Shown piece by piece: positions 28,442 through 41,677 of a DNA stretch of 64,000 bases. The position numbers and the translations under genes are program-made. Source of the DNA: Eledone cirrhosa (lineage: Eukaryota); the NCBI GenBank assembly GCA_964016885.1, contig OZ024741.1, forward strand, positions 192,882,001 through 192,946,000. The letters are read 5' to 3'. The notes under the pieces were generated by a model that was given only the letters and a program-made list of their open reading frames with translations, was not told where the DNA came from and did not search any database. The stretch's first letter is position 1; every line of letters starts with the position of its first letter.

Positions 28442-29394
28442 AAGAAGAAGAAGAAGAAGAAGATGCACGTGGTGAATAGAGTGTTGTGGACTCGCTCCCG
28501 TAAGTTTTTGATTTTTTACATATTCAAAACAATTCTGATATAATAATTCTTACTGCAAATGGGACATATGGCACCGGCCCAGCTCCCAGGAAGTGAGATC
28601 CCATAATACCCTGGCATATGGCTCCAATATTTACTTTTGTATTAACAATTTTATATTAAAAAAAGAAAATGATTACAAATGGAAGAAAACCCCTATGTGT
28701 ACACTAAATACAATAGCCAAATAACTGCAATTTTACCACCACCAATCCCAGCATAATAATAATAATTATTATTGTATCTTAAGTTTTCTCAAAATGTTTA
28801 GTTGAAATATTAAGGTATCATGTCAACATGTATATTAAACATAGGTAACAAACCACATAGCTACTGAACAGATCAAAGGGAAAACAAATAGTTAACAAAA
28901 ATATCAAACAAACACAATATCAATACATTGTAACGACTACAAAATTTAGCCAGAGACAAACCAACAGCAACAACAACGCCATCACTACAGTACCATTACC
29001 CCATCACCACCGCCACCACTCCATCATTCCTACCACCACTATTCCCCCACTACCTTCTGGTAACTTAAAAGTTGATATCAAATTTGCTGAGAAGGAAAGG
29101 GAAGGTAGCAGTAACAATAGACAAGACTAGAAATAAAGAATCTACCAAAAGATACAAATAGACTGACTTAGTGACCCGGTCAAAATAATATTTTGAACAC
29201 CTCAATATTAACAGCTACAATGGCAGCCAAGTCCTCCACCAACAATAGACCCCCCCCTCTCTCAGGAAAAAGCCCCAGCACTACCGGCAAAGCCAACAAC
29301 AACAGCAAAAGGAACATCAACAATGGCCACAAGTATATTATAATAATTTCTTTATTAGCCACAGAGGGCTCACATTAAAGAAACATTTATAATA

Positions 29395-32300
29395 ACAATA
29401 AAAACCCAGTAACCAAGAAATAGAGGGATGGCGGCCGGCGGGGAATAGCCGTGTCTCAAGGGGAGGACGTCCCCTCTAGTCTTGGTTGACACTCGTCCTA
29501 GGAGTGGTAACTCGAAATGATTACCCCTTGGCGGTTAAGGATAAAACGCAACAAAATAAATCTAATGTCAAATGTTACAAACTCATACCGGATCGGCCGT
29601 CACCCGGGTCAACAAGAGCCGCGTCCCTCAGAGAGGAACCAGACTGGGGTTGAAAAATCAGCTAAGGGTTGAAATCTTCCCATTAATTTGGAGCTGGAGG
29701 CCTCCCATAACCGGAACACTGCAACTGATGGCTCTCCATGCTCACCACCAAGAAATCCAAAGAAAAAGAGAGAAAGATGATTAAGGGAAGACAATAAAGA
29801 AGTCCTTGAGGTTTTCTACACTGCCATGTACTACCCATCAAATAGATCAAATAAAGAACAGACATATATCAACTGGAAAAAGAAACATCCTGAAAACAAT
29901 ATTTACAGTAACAAACTAGCGAATATACGAAGAAACATTGTTAAGAAGAAATTACTAACTGACATAGAAATTGATCAGATCAAGTAATTAGCGCAAAGTC
30001 AGCGAGGGGAAGATGAAACATGTGTCAGTGAAAACGAAGTAAATTGTAACACCTTAAATCCCAGGGTCGGGGCGGAATCACTGGCAAGAGAACAAATTAA
30101 AGAAAGCAATGAGATCATCAATGATAAAGAAACGAATGTGAATGAACTCACCAACTTGAAGAAGGAAATTATGATCGAATTGAAAGAATCTGACATGGAG
30201 GAACGAGACACCCTGCCTAAGATAAGATCCAGAACTCCAAACAAAACCAGAGGATAATACGCAAGACTTATTCTCTCAAATACATTATCATCACAAACAA
30301 ACTAAACATTACTGATATAAATCATCTCTACTATGCATCGGCTAAAGTCACCACTCACCTATGTGGTGTGAAAATGAAAAAACAAAGGAATGCCCACAAA
30401 AAAACCTACTTGGCAAGAGAACATTAATCACCAAATAAACCTTCTTCGATCTGACAGAGAAAGTTTAGCAAACTACAAAGTAGGTGAACATGTTAAACAA
30501 ACTAAACTTAGAAAATACAATATAAAATTAACAAGCGACATAGACATGATGATAGAAACAAACAAGTAAAAGGTGTCGGCCAAAGCTGCTTGTATAAGGC
30601 GCTTTGAGAAACACTCTAAATTCTATAAAAAACAATATGTTCATAAACAAAAAAATGCCAAAAACAAACAACTACAGAAAAATCGGCAAGTCAAGCTGTT
30701 AAATCAATACCACCCAAAGAGGAAGTGCAAGAATTCTTTTGAACAGAGAAAAAAAAAATCAATGGAAGCTGGAGAAGTTAATATTAATTGTGGAATTTTT
30801 CAGGGTGACTCTTTATCACCGCTTTTATTCTGCATCGCAATTATACCATTAAGTAAAATGCTCAATAAAACAAAACATGGATATAAAGTCTATGACAAGA
30901 CGCTTAATCACTTTTTCTACATGGATGACCTGAAACTATTTTTAAAAAATGATGAGCAATTGTAAGGGCTATTATCCACTGTGAAGCTGTTAAGTGATTA
31001 TATGAAAATGGAGTTTGGACGAGATAAATGCGCCAATGCCACGTTCACCAGAGGAAAGCTGCTGAGAAGTTCAGACATTAATCTTAATCGGGGGAATGTG
31101 ATAAGATAACTTGATCAAGAAGAAACTTACAAATATCTAGGTGTTTGTGAAGGAGACGGAATCAAGCACTCGACAATGAGGGAAATGATAAGGAAAAATG
31201 GTTACCGCAGAGTAAGAACAATCTTAAGAACTGAGTTGAATGCAAGATCGATGCCATAAACACAATTGCCAACCCAGTAGTAACTTACAGTTTCAATGTT
31301 ATCAACTGGTCAAGCACAGAGATCTGTAGGCTCAATACAGAATGCATCACTCTAAGGCAGATACAGATAGAATATATCTCCCTAGGAAAGAAAGAGGACG
31401 TAGATTTATCCAGTTAGATATTGCTTTGAAAACTGCAACAATTGGATTATCTACATATCTAAGGGAGGCACATGATTGGATGATCAAACTCGTTTTCAAA
31501 TATGAAAGCATCAAAAGATACTAAAGATACACATAGATAAAGTAATGAACTACAAATTTCAGAAGTTCCCTTCATTGCTAAAATGAAAAATACAGAAAAA
31601 GCAAAGCAGATAAAAGTAACCGCAAAGAAAGGACTGCTACAGAAACTGGCTAAGAAATGGAAAGAAAAGCCTCTGTATGGAAAATACATAGAAAGAGCTA
31701 AATATTGATATTGACTTTAACCCATCAGTGGTTGGCATCCTCTGGACTGCAATCGGAAACTGAAGGACTGATTATATCAGTACAAGATCCGTATCTGCCA
31801 ACAAAAAATTATCAAGCCAACATCATAAAAAATGGATGCAACCCATTATGCCGTGTATGTAAAAAAACAACCAGAGACCATTGATCATATAATTTCAATG
31901 TGCAGTCATATAGCTCCAACCGAATACCTAAACAGTCCCGACAGAGCTGCAAAATACATACATTGGGTAATGTGTAAGCATTTTGACCTGCCCCATCAAA
32001 AGAATTGGTGGGAGCATCAACCATCCCCGTACTTGAAAAAGGTCACATCTCAATTTTGTGGAACTTTAGCATCCAAACAGACCAAAACATAGATGCAAAT
32101 AGACCTGATATAATACTGAAGTACTTTAAAAAGCGGGTCTGCCTGCTTATAGACAAGAATGCATCCATAAAAACATTTGAAAAATTTACCAAATATTAAG
32201 ACCTGGAAATTGAGATTGGAAAAATGTGGAAGTTGAAAACTTAAATAATACCAGTGGTTGTAGGCGCTCTAGGAATGATATCTAAGGGGTCTAATGATTA

Positions 32301-32548
32301 CTTATCCCAAATCCCAGGAAACCTGCGTATAAAAGAAATACAAAATATAGTACTAAAGGGAACTACCCATATACTAAGGAAGATTCTGTCAATATAAGTA
32401 AATCACAGGTCTAAACCCTTAAAGATACGTGTGTGTGTGTGCGTTCTTTCTTGAACATGGCGGACCTTGTTGTCTCTTGAGGTCACTGGTTGTGACTTGG
32501 TTGTGACTATGAACATAAAACAAGATAAATGAAAAATAATAATAATAA
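29395..32548 (+). mobile_element. R4/Dong family A, 5' end retained, decayed, internal RT deletion
   Basis: Colinear with 60300-63500 but jumps from EVQEF to MEAGEVNINCGIFQGD near 30740; many stops; TAA tail. Confidence 0.85.
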
Positions 32549-32550
32549 TA

Positions 32551-32729
32551 ATTGTTTTTACTTTTGGCACAAGGCCAGCAATTACCAGTGCATTACTGGT
32601 ACTTTATTTTATCGACCCCCGTAAAGATGAAAGGCAAAGTTAAGCTCGGCGGGATTTGAACTCAGAATGGCAAGGACCGTAACTCTATGCGTCAAAGCAT
32701 GGCGTCCGACCCTCTACTTATACTGCCAA
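32551..32729 (-). mobile_element. tRNA-SINE S1 inside a (TAA)n tract
   Basis: Homologous to the other S1 copies. Confidence 0.88.
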
Positions 32730-32737
32730 TAATAATA

Positions 32738-35700
32738 ATTGTTTCATTTATTGGCCGCAAGGTGCGACATATAGGGGAAAATACAATAGACGAGGTCAGT
32801 CGGCATTTTACACAAAAATCGAGTAAAAAAAATAAACAAGAAAAATAGAAACAGAGACTTGAGTCAGGTACCCCACCAATTCAGGGGCTCCCTGGAAGGG
32901 CACCCTTCGCCTACTCAAATTCACCAGCCTACAGACGCATGATCAGAGCAGGTCCATTCTCGCCACATTCACCCAGCTTTCAGCAAATGAACTGGGGAGG
33001 CAGCACTTTTCTCTCCACCTTCACCTTCCTTTCCAAGTGAAATTTGAATATTTTGATCAGGGACTGGCCGAAGAGAAAAGTGTCTGTCTTCAGTCCTTTC
33101 AACCTGGTTCACCATGCAACCACTATTGCTATTGCCACCAGTCAGAGGAAAATTTCCTGCCTTCCCCCGCCAAAAGAAGGCGGTGGGTCGATCTTCCCTA
33201 TGGACTCGTCCGATAGCCGGTTCCGTTCTACACGTAATAACAGCTGTTCGTCATAACCCCACTAGTCAGCATGGACACTGGACGAGTGCGTGCAGAATGG
33301 TTTCCTCGTTCTGCGTGCATCTGAGGCAGGTCTATCTGACAGCACCTCTATACCTGTAGAGTTCATTTCGACCGGCAGTGGCCCCCGGTAGCACTGCCAA
33401 GCGAGGGATTTCGTCCTCGGCTCGAAAGTCGTCCGGAACAGACTGCTCAGTTCGAATTCGTCGACGCCCGGAGCCTCTCCGAGAGCGTCATCGCACTTGC
33501 CCACCACTAATCCTCAATAGAACTCGAGAGTTGAAGTCCCACTGCCCAACTGGTAGGGCGCAGTGAGTGCCTGGCAATATTCCAGATGCCAGGCACCCAG
33601 TCTCGGTCTCTTCTTGACCCAGGACTGCAGTTCAGTCAAAGAGACGAGCTGCGGAAAGGTCTGTCTGACAAACGGCGACCACAGCTTTTCACCCTTTAGG
33701 CAGAATATCTGGAGATGCTGCAGTCTCAGTCCATGTTTGCGCATCATTAGCCAGGGCATGCCCAGCTCTCCACGTAGAGGGTGCTAGCAGCAGATGAACC
33801 ACCTGACCAACGGAATCTGTCCTCTTCACAAGCATTTAAAGAGGAGCCATTCCAATTTGCGAGATGCAGATGAGGGCAAGGAACGATTCTCAGGTGGTAA
33901 TAGACGACGGACGCGATGTACGCATTCACCACCTCCACCCGACCTTTCAGTGATAGCTTCCTCGCCGCCAATTTCTGGGTGAGACTGGTTACTCTGATCG
34001 TCACCACGTCTCAATTCTTATCCACTTGGAGGTCTGGTCCGAACCAAACCCCGAACAACTTTACCGGTCCGTCCGTCCAGCACCCAGCGACGCTGTTGGG
34101 TGACATGGACTTGCCTCTCCAGATGCCGAGCTGCAAGCCCACCAACTTTTCCGAGTTAAGTTTCGTTTCCGCCAACCTTTCATATTTCTTCAATAAGGTG
34201 CCGACAACCTCGATTTCCGAAGTGTCCGACACCATCATGGTGACGTCATCCGCATAAGCCGACGCAGCCTTTCCGCGTCCCGGTTCGAGCAGGATGCGCT
34301 GCAATAGTTCCAGCTTCCGCAGTAAAGGCTCGAGAGTCAATACTTACAGAAGTGAGGAGAGAGGGCAGCCTTGACGGACCGATCGGGAGATCTGAAACGG
34401 TTCCGAGAAGTGGCCATTAACTTTGACCACCGCCACCGAGAAGATGCCGCTGTGTATTACAGCGATCCAGCTTTTGAAGACGGGGCCGAAGCCTTGAGGA
34501 CAGCCTCCCGGTTCCAATGGTCGACCCTATCGAATTCTTTCGATTGATGTAAATTGATCAAAGCCCCACCAAAACCAGGTTTACATACTACCCCGTCTAT
34601 GATGTATCGCAGGAGGTGGAGGTTGTCGTGTATAGACCTGGTCGGGATTGCGCAAGTTTGCGCTTCCCAAACGAAATTCTCGGTGACAAGCGCCAACCTC
34701 TTCACTAACACCTTGGCCAAAATCTTAAACTCTGTGTTGAGCAGGGTTATCGTCCTGAAATTATCTAGAGTGTCCCTCTTGTTCTCGTTTTTCCTCACCA
34801 GCGTCACTATGCCCCGGGTCACAGAAATGGAAATATACCCATTCTGTTACTTGTGGTAGTAGAGCGTTTCAAGGAGACTGGAGAACAAGTGAGGCATATT
34901 TACATAAATCTCGTAGGGCAGACCATCCAAACCACGTGACTTGGGCCTCGTGCAGCCGACAAGGGCATCCTGAATTTCGGCTGAATTTATTGGCCTTTCG
35001 TAGCGCTCAGCGTCGGCCGTCGAAAGACGCGGCATACCGTCGAGACAGAGACTGAAGTCCGCTACCGTGTCTGACCCACCACTCCTCCCGAACAACCGAG
35101 CAAATTACTGGCGAAAGGACTCACACATCCACCTGAAATCGCTCAGCTTGTGTCTCTCCTGGTCCGTCAAAGACCGAATTGTGGTTTTATTACCACGCTG
35201 CGCCTCTGCTACGCGGGCCCATCGAACAGTTTTGGTTCCATCGTTTCTCAGAGCACTCACGTTATCTCTGACAATGCAACCTTCGTGTTTCGCAATGAGG
35301 AAATGCCATTCTCACCGTTATCACGTCAATTGCAATGCCGCTACAAATGGCCATGTCTAACTTAGCTACCAGCTCCCCCTGATTTCTATTTTTCTCTAAC
35401 GCTACTTCTTTGCTAAACCCTATCGAAATTACTCTAATCTCTCTGTTTATGCCCCCCGCCCCTCGTCAACTTTTGCTTAACTAAATTGTTGATCTGGTCC
35501 CTGTAAGCCCTACGTGCCGGAAACGACATGATCAGCTTCGCGTAAGCAGGTCCTAACCTACACGTCTTATCTAGGTCGACCATACAGATCTAAAAATTGT
35601 GATCTGAATAGTTTTAAAACGTGGATAGACTATACTTGTTCTATCTATTTTCCTAATGAGAATCCTGTCTATATACGATCTAGTCCGTACTAGTCCGTAC

Positions 35701-36888
35701 CTAGTCCGTATCTAGTCCGTACCTGTCAGACAGTTGGAACTGTTTTGGGGGTGTTTTTGTGCTTTGTGGAGTTTTTTTCTTTGTATGTTTTCTTTTTTAT
35801 TTGGTGGGGGGATTTTGGTTTTCTCTCATCTTCACTACTGGAAGATGTGGGGTCTGTGTTTGTAAGTGTGTCTGTGTGTGTGTTTATGTTTTTATTCATG
35901 TGTATATTTTGGTGGGATAGGAGAGCTTTCTTCGTTTCCCCCCTGGGTGGCCTTTGTTGTGACTGGTGGTTTTGCCGTTGCTGGTGTTTGTGGTAGTCCT
36001 CGCCCTGGCGTCGGCAGCAGTGGAGACTTTCGACCCCTTGCACCTTTGAGAAGTTGAGGGCAGAAGTCTCGTAAATGGGTTGTTTCCCCGCAAACGAAAA
36101 AATGCGACCTTTTGCCCTCAGTCATTGTAAGTAAACCTTCTGAAGACGGATGTGGTTCGGGATTATTCTTACATCCTCAGGCTTGATCTGGAGAAGTACC
36201 TCCAGGTCAAACCCGGACCAGTCCTCCATGGCAGTCCTTGTAACCTCTATCAGGACGGTATCCATTTCTTCTACAATCACGCATCCCAGGAGCCACCACA
36301 TGTCTAGTCCTGGGGCAATCCCGGGAATGCACACACGAGCTGTTCGTTTTCCCATGTGGTGGAGATACATAATGACCTTGCTGGTTTTGCAAGGGCTCAT
36401 CGCATGTTTCGTAGCGAGGGCTTCTGACTTAAAAAAGCACCGGTGCCGTATTTTCTGCCTCTCGCTATGTATTCAGTGTCATCCCTGATGCACCTCGGCG
36501 CGGCTTCAACATCTGCCTGGGCAATTAAATCCACCGCCTTTATTACTGCTGAAATGCATATGATATGCGCCGTTCTACGCTCCACTGCTTCAATAGCTTC
36601 TGCCGGGACAGTTAAGTTGGCCCAGGTTTGCTTTTGTTTGATGAGCTTCCAGGCCTGGGTCAACGTTTCATCTTTATTCGTGAGGTCCATGCTAAAGCAT
36701 GGCCTCTTTTTAGCTGCTGTCGCAGCGAAAGTGTTCTTGTTGTTGGTAATGATGTTGTTGGGGGGTGTTGTCGCTGGTGTTGGGGTTGTCGTCGTTGTTG
36801 TTGTCGTTGTTGCAGGTGGTTATATCTTTGGTGCCGGAGGGACGTGTTTTTACGAGCTCGTAAAAACACGTCCCTCCGTCCGACAACC
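32738..36888 (-). mobile_element. Tx1-clade LINE, decayed
   Basis: ORF1 remnants 35725-36690 with knuckle xVCGETTHLRDFCP; ORF2 has GLDGLPYE, FRTITLLNTEFKILAK, SAYADD and KLSLKGR; AATAAA and (ATT)n tail; 5' end also abuts (ATT)n. Confidence 0.88.
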
Positions 36889-37219
36889 AATAATAATCTA
36901 CTAATATATAATGCTCTTGTGTTTTTGTCCGTCACAAGAGATGACTGACAAAGGAAGGGGTGATGAACAAACTCCAGAAAACGGCGTCTGTGTGTGTATA
37001 TGTATAGCGAATTGGCTACACACATTGGTTATTATGATTATTTATGATATGAATGTTTGTGATTGTATGTATACATGTGTTTCTGCAAAAGATATTTATT
37101 CTAGTTGGCCCATCCGGGTGGCGCCCGGCTACAATTGGCGTGTTCTACGGCATCCAGATATATATATATAGCTGACGTACCTAGCTTCGCTTGGATAAAC
37201 AGACGATAAGCCGTCTGTG

Positions 37220-38742
37220 TTGTATAGTATTACTGTCGAATACATAGACTATAGTATAGTATGACTGTTGAATACATATAGTATAGTATTACGGTTGAAA
37301 ATATATAGTATAGTATTACTGTTGAAAATCTATAGTATAGTACAGTATTACTGTTGAAAACATATAGTGTAGTATTACTGCTGAAAATATATAATATAGA
37401 ATTACTGTTGAAAATATATAGTATAGTATTACTTTTGAAAATATATAGTATAATATAACTGTTGAAAATATATATTACAGTATTACTGTTGAAAATATAT
37501 AGTACAGGACAGTATTACTGTTGAAAATATATAGTACAGTATTACTGCTGAGAATATATAGTATAGTAATACTGTTGAAAAAGTATAGTATAGTATTACT
37601 GTTGAAAATATATAGTATAGTATTATTGTTGAAAACATATAGTATAGTATTACTGTTGAAATATATAGTATATTTTTACTGTTGAAAATATATAGTATAG
37701 TATAGTACGGCTGTTGAAAACATAGTATAGTACAGTATTACTGTTGAAAATATATAGTATAGCATAGTATTATTGTTGAAATATATAGTATAATATAACT
37801 GTTGAAAACATATAGTATAGTGTTACTGTTGAAAATATATAGTAGAGTACAGTATTACTGTTGAAAATATATAGTACGGTATTACTGTTGAAAATATATA
37901 GTATAGTATTAATGTTGAAAATATATAGTATACTATTACTGTTGAAAATATATAGTACAGTACAGTATCACTGTTGAAAATATATAGTATAGTACAGTAT
38001 TACTGTTGAAAATATACAGTATAATATTACTGTTTAAAACATATAGTATAGTATAGTATTACTGTTTAAAATATATAGTATAGTACAGTATTACTGTTGA
38101 AAATATATAGTATATTATAGTATTACTGTTGAAAATATATAGTATATTATTACTGTTGAAAATATATAGTATACTATTACTGTTGAAATATATAGTACAG
38201 TATTACTGTTGAAAATATATAGTATACTAATTACTGTTGAAATATATAGTACAGTATTACTGTTGAAAATGTATAGTATTACTTGTTGAAAATATATAGC
38301 ATAATATTATTGTTGAAAACATATAGCATAGTATTACTATTGAACATATATGGTATAGTATTACTGTTGAAAATATATAATATAGTATTACTGTTGAAAA
38401 TATATAGTATATCATTACTGTTAAAACATATAGTATAGTATATTATTACTGTTGAAAATATATAGTATAGTATTACTGACGAAAATATATAGTATAGTAT
38501 AGTATTAATGTTGAAAATATATAGTACGTGCAGTATTACCGTTGAACATTTATAGTACAGTACAGTATCACTGTTGAAAATATATAGTATAGTATTACTG
38601 TTGAAAATATATAATGTAGTATTACTGTTGAAAATATATAGTATAGTATTACTGTTGAAAATATATAGTATAGTATTACTGTTGAAAATATATAGTATAG
38701 TATTAATGTTGAAAATATATAGTATAGTATTCGTGTTGAAAA
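37220..38742. repeat. Minisatellite, ~27-bp unit GTATTACTGTTGAAAATATATAGTATA with variable AGTAT/AGTAC inserts
   Basis: About 50 tandem units read directly. Confidence 0.95.
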
Positions 38743-38771
38743 TAAGTACACGAATATATAATTATATATAC

Positions 38772-38803
<32 letters not shown>

Positions 38804-40099
38804 TTCGTTTCTGAATTTGTTTAGCATATATATATATATATATACGATATTAAACAAATGGAAACTATATTTATAAAACCATATTTATTTCATTATACAT
38901 ATTTCAGGGATACCATATTAAAAATATGGCATGCCTTCTTCAGATACAATACAATATATAAGCAGTTTTATAAATAAATTTGACGTACCATAAATATTGT
39001 TCAACTTCCATTTAAAAAAGTTGGTTTGGTAGTGAAATGTTTGTAAATATTTAGTGTTAAGCACAGTTAAAAAGAAAGACGGAGAGAAGGAATAAATGTA
39101 TGTAAAGAAAAACAGAGAGAGATAGAGAGAGATATGGGAGAGAGAAATAGTGAGGGGGTGAAAAATGAGAGGCAGCTGAGGCAACAGATGAATAATAATA
39201 ATAATTCATCATACAAATTGAGAGATTTAGGAGGGAGGGAGTACTGTAATTATTTATTCATTTATTTATTTAGTTATAGTGTTAAGGAGACGGAGAGAAA
39301 TAAAAGTAAATAAAGAGAAAACAGCGATACTTAAATTTCATCATGTATAGAGGGTGGAGAAGAAAGAGTTATATCTAGAGAGAAGGATGACAGATTTATA
39401 ACTTTACGTTATGTCCTATCAGTTTGAATTATCAATTCATATGAATTGGGTATTATAATGCAAATATCAATATTCATGAATGAGACATAGATACATAATG
39501 TGTGAAAAATAATGACCATATGTTTAGTTTAAAAATTCTTAGGTCGATATATCAAAAACTGAGATAAAACTTCAAAAATACATAAGTATATATGTACTTT
39601 CCGGAAAAAAGAAAGAAAGAGAAAAAGAAAAAGAGAAGGTCATCTCAAGTTCTAGTTGACACTATAGATATACACGTGAACTTACGTGATCAGCTCTGTA
39701 ATTTCTTATTTCACATGAAAAAATTTTCCCTTGCGTTATAAAAGATGTTACTATATATATATATATATACATACATACACATACATAAAAATATATATTA
39801 ATATTAATATTCCTGCACTCACATACATGATTATCGTTCATGTATAGAATAGACAACAGATATTAATATATCAAAACGCTAAGAATACTTTCATCACTCC
39901 CTAGAGTATCTAGGGCCTTAAAAAAACACAGTATGCGCCCCATATCAACCACAGAAAGCAACCCTTCCAATTTATCTGACAATATATTGCCAAGTTCATT
40001 AGAAGCAATCAGAATAAAAAAACAAACAAAAAACCAAAATTATTCAACAAGACTTATTTAACAGAAATCATTTAAAAAAAAAAAAAAGATTTAGGAGAC

Positions 40100-41064
40100 C
40101 CTGTTGTTCTACAGATGCTTTTATATTTAGTATAGAAGTTTATCTAGCGTAAAATTTATTCAATAGATTGGGAGCATCAACATTTTAGGGTAGTTTAATT
40201 ACATCGTTAGTATATATTTATGAAGAAGGTTTAAAAAGAAAAAGTTGAAGGAATCGAAAGATTTATCGTCTGGTTTCATAATTAATTAAATATCTTAACT
40301 AAATATACTACATTTTAAATTTATATTTATATTTAAACGTTGAGTTCAATCTATGTCTGCAGCAACTGAATAAATTGCTCCTTAGATTAAGGGAATTTTT
40401 AGATTTTAATATAAAGAATATCTCCTCCACGCAGAGGTCACATGTCTCAGATGAGGAATTAAAAGGAATCCCTCTTGAGACTATATTCCAAAACAACGAA
40501 TATCCAACGTTATCATGTTTAAGTTGCCAGAGTAAACCCGATAGTGAAGTTGAAGATTTTTTGCCTGGATCAGTGAAAGAATTCTTATGATTATTATAGC
40601 GAAGTTTAAATTCTGTCGAGGTGGAACCAACATAGTTAAAAGAATTTAAGTCAGTTTTAACATTACAATTGTATATTATATTTTTAACTAAGCAATTGTT
40701 ATTTAACGGACATTTAGATTTATTTCTACAGTTACAGTTGTTTAATTGAATATTGTTTAGGCTATTATCGGTATTTTGGCTAGGTTTTAGATTCCTATTA
40801 TTTATTCTGTTAATATTTTGTGCTAAATTTTTGGTGGACGAGTAAGTTAATTTTATAGTATGTCTATTAAAAATTGAGTGATATTTATGTGTTCTAGGGA
40901 AGCGTTTGTCAAGAGCATTAAATGCTTGACAAGAGCATTTAATGCTCTTGACAAACGCTTCCCTAGAACACATAAATATCACTCAATTTTTAATAGACAT
41001 ACTATAAAATTAACTTACTCGTCCACCAAAACTTTAGCACAAATTATTAACAGAATAAATAATA
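40100..41064 (-). mobile_element. Penelope (Naiad-like) GIY-YIG 3' fragment with fold-back 5' end
   Basis: ORF 40308-40982 has KRFPRTHKYHSIFNRHTIKLTYS, CNCRNKSKCPL, IIYNC...YVGST and CDLC; 40796-40926 is mirrored at 40934-41064. Confidence 0.85.
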
Positions 41065-41105
41065 TGCCCATGGGTACTAAGTACTAAGTACCCATGGGCA
41101 TATTA

Positions 41106-41616
41106 TATTTCTAGGGGTACTTAGTACCCATGGGCATATTAACTTCTTTTATCATTCTCCGTTATGTTGAGAACAAATCTGTTGTTTCTATTTAGCTGCT
41201 ATTTTTAGTAACGAGATAGACAACACGTCTATGGTTTTCCCGCTTTCACCTCGGGCAGTTCACGTACGGGTCATTTTTCGATCCGTGCTTGCTGGCGGAT
41301 AACAATATATTTTATCGTTCCTGGGTCTTTAGCCCTAGGAAAGGAAAATGCTTCTCTGATGAACTTTGATTTTCCATTAGAAATCCATTGGATTTTTGGT
41401 GTTTTACAAAGCGAAACTGATCGGTAAGGGCCAAAAGAATAGGTAAATATTTAAATTATATTTTTAATTTATTTAAAAAAATTGGTTTAATTTTGCTTGT
41501 TCTGCTTATCTTAATATTATAGTTCTGGTATGTCAAATTAATACCATAGAACAACCTTAAATCATAGACAACCTATATATTTCTAGGGGTACTTAGTACC
41601 CATGGGCATATTAACT

Positions 41617-41624
<8 letters not shown>
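41106..41624 (+). mobile_element. ORF-less pLTR/retrozyme-like unit with ~47-bp terminal direct repeats
   Basis: TATTTCTAGGGGTACTTAGTACCCATGGGCATATTAACTTCTTTTAT at both ends; internal HHR; ends in (TA)n. Confidence 0.75.
41352..41430 (+). ncRNA. Type I hammerhead ribozyme
   Basis: TTCT-CTGATGA-aCTTTG...CAAAGc-GAAAC-TGATCG-GTA-AGGG; stem III near-palindromic ACtGATCGGT. Confidence 0.7.

Positions 41625-41672
<48 letters not shown>

Positions 41673-41677
<5 letters not shown>

Noticed and set aside
28780-29335. Thr/Pro-rich plus-strand stretch resembling the Tx1 ORF1 start
   Set aside because: Only compositional similarity with many stops; cannot be assigned.
37220-38742. CRISPR-like periodicity
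   Set aside because: No unique spacers and no cas genes; it is a head-to-tail minisatellite in eukaryotic DNA.
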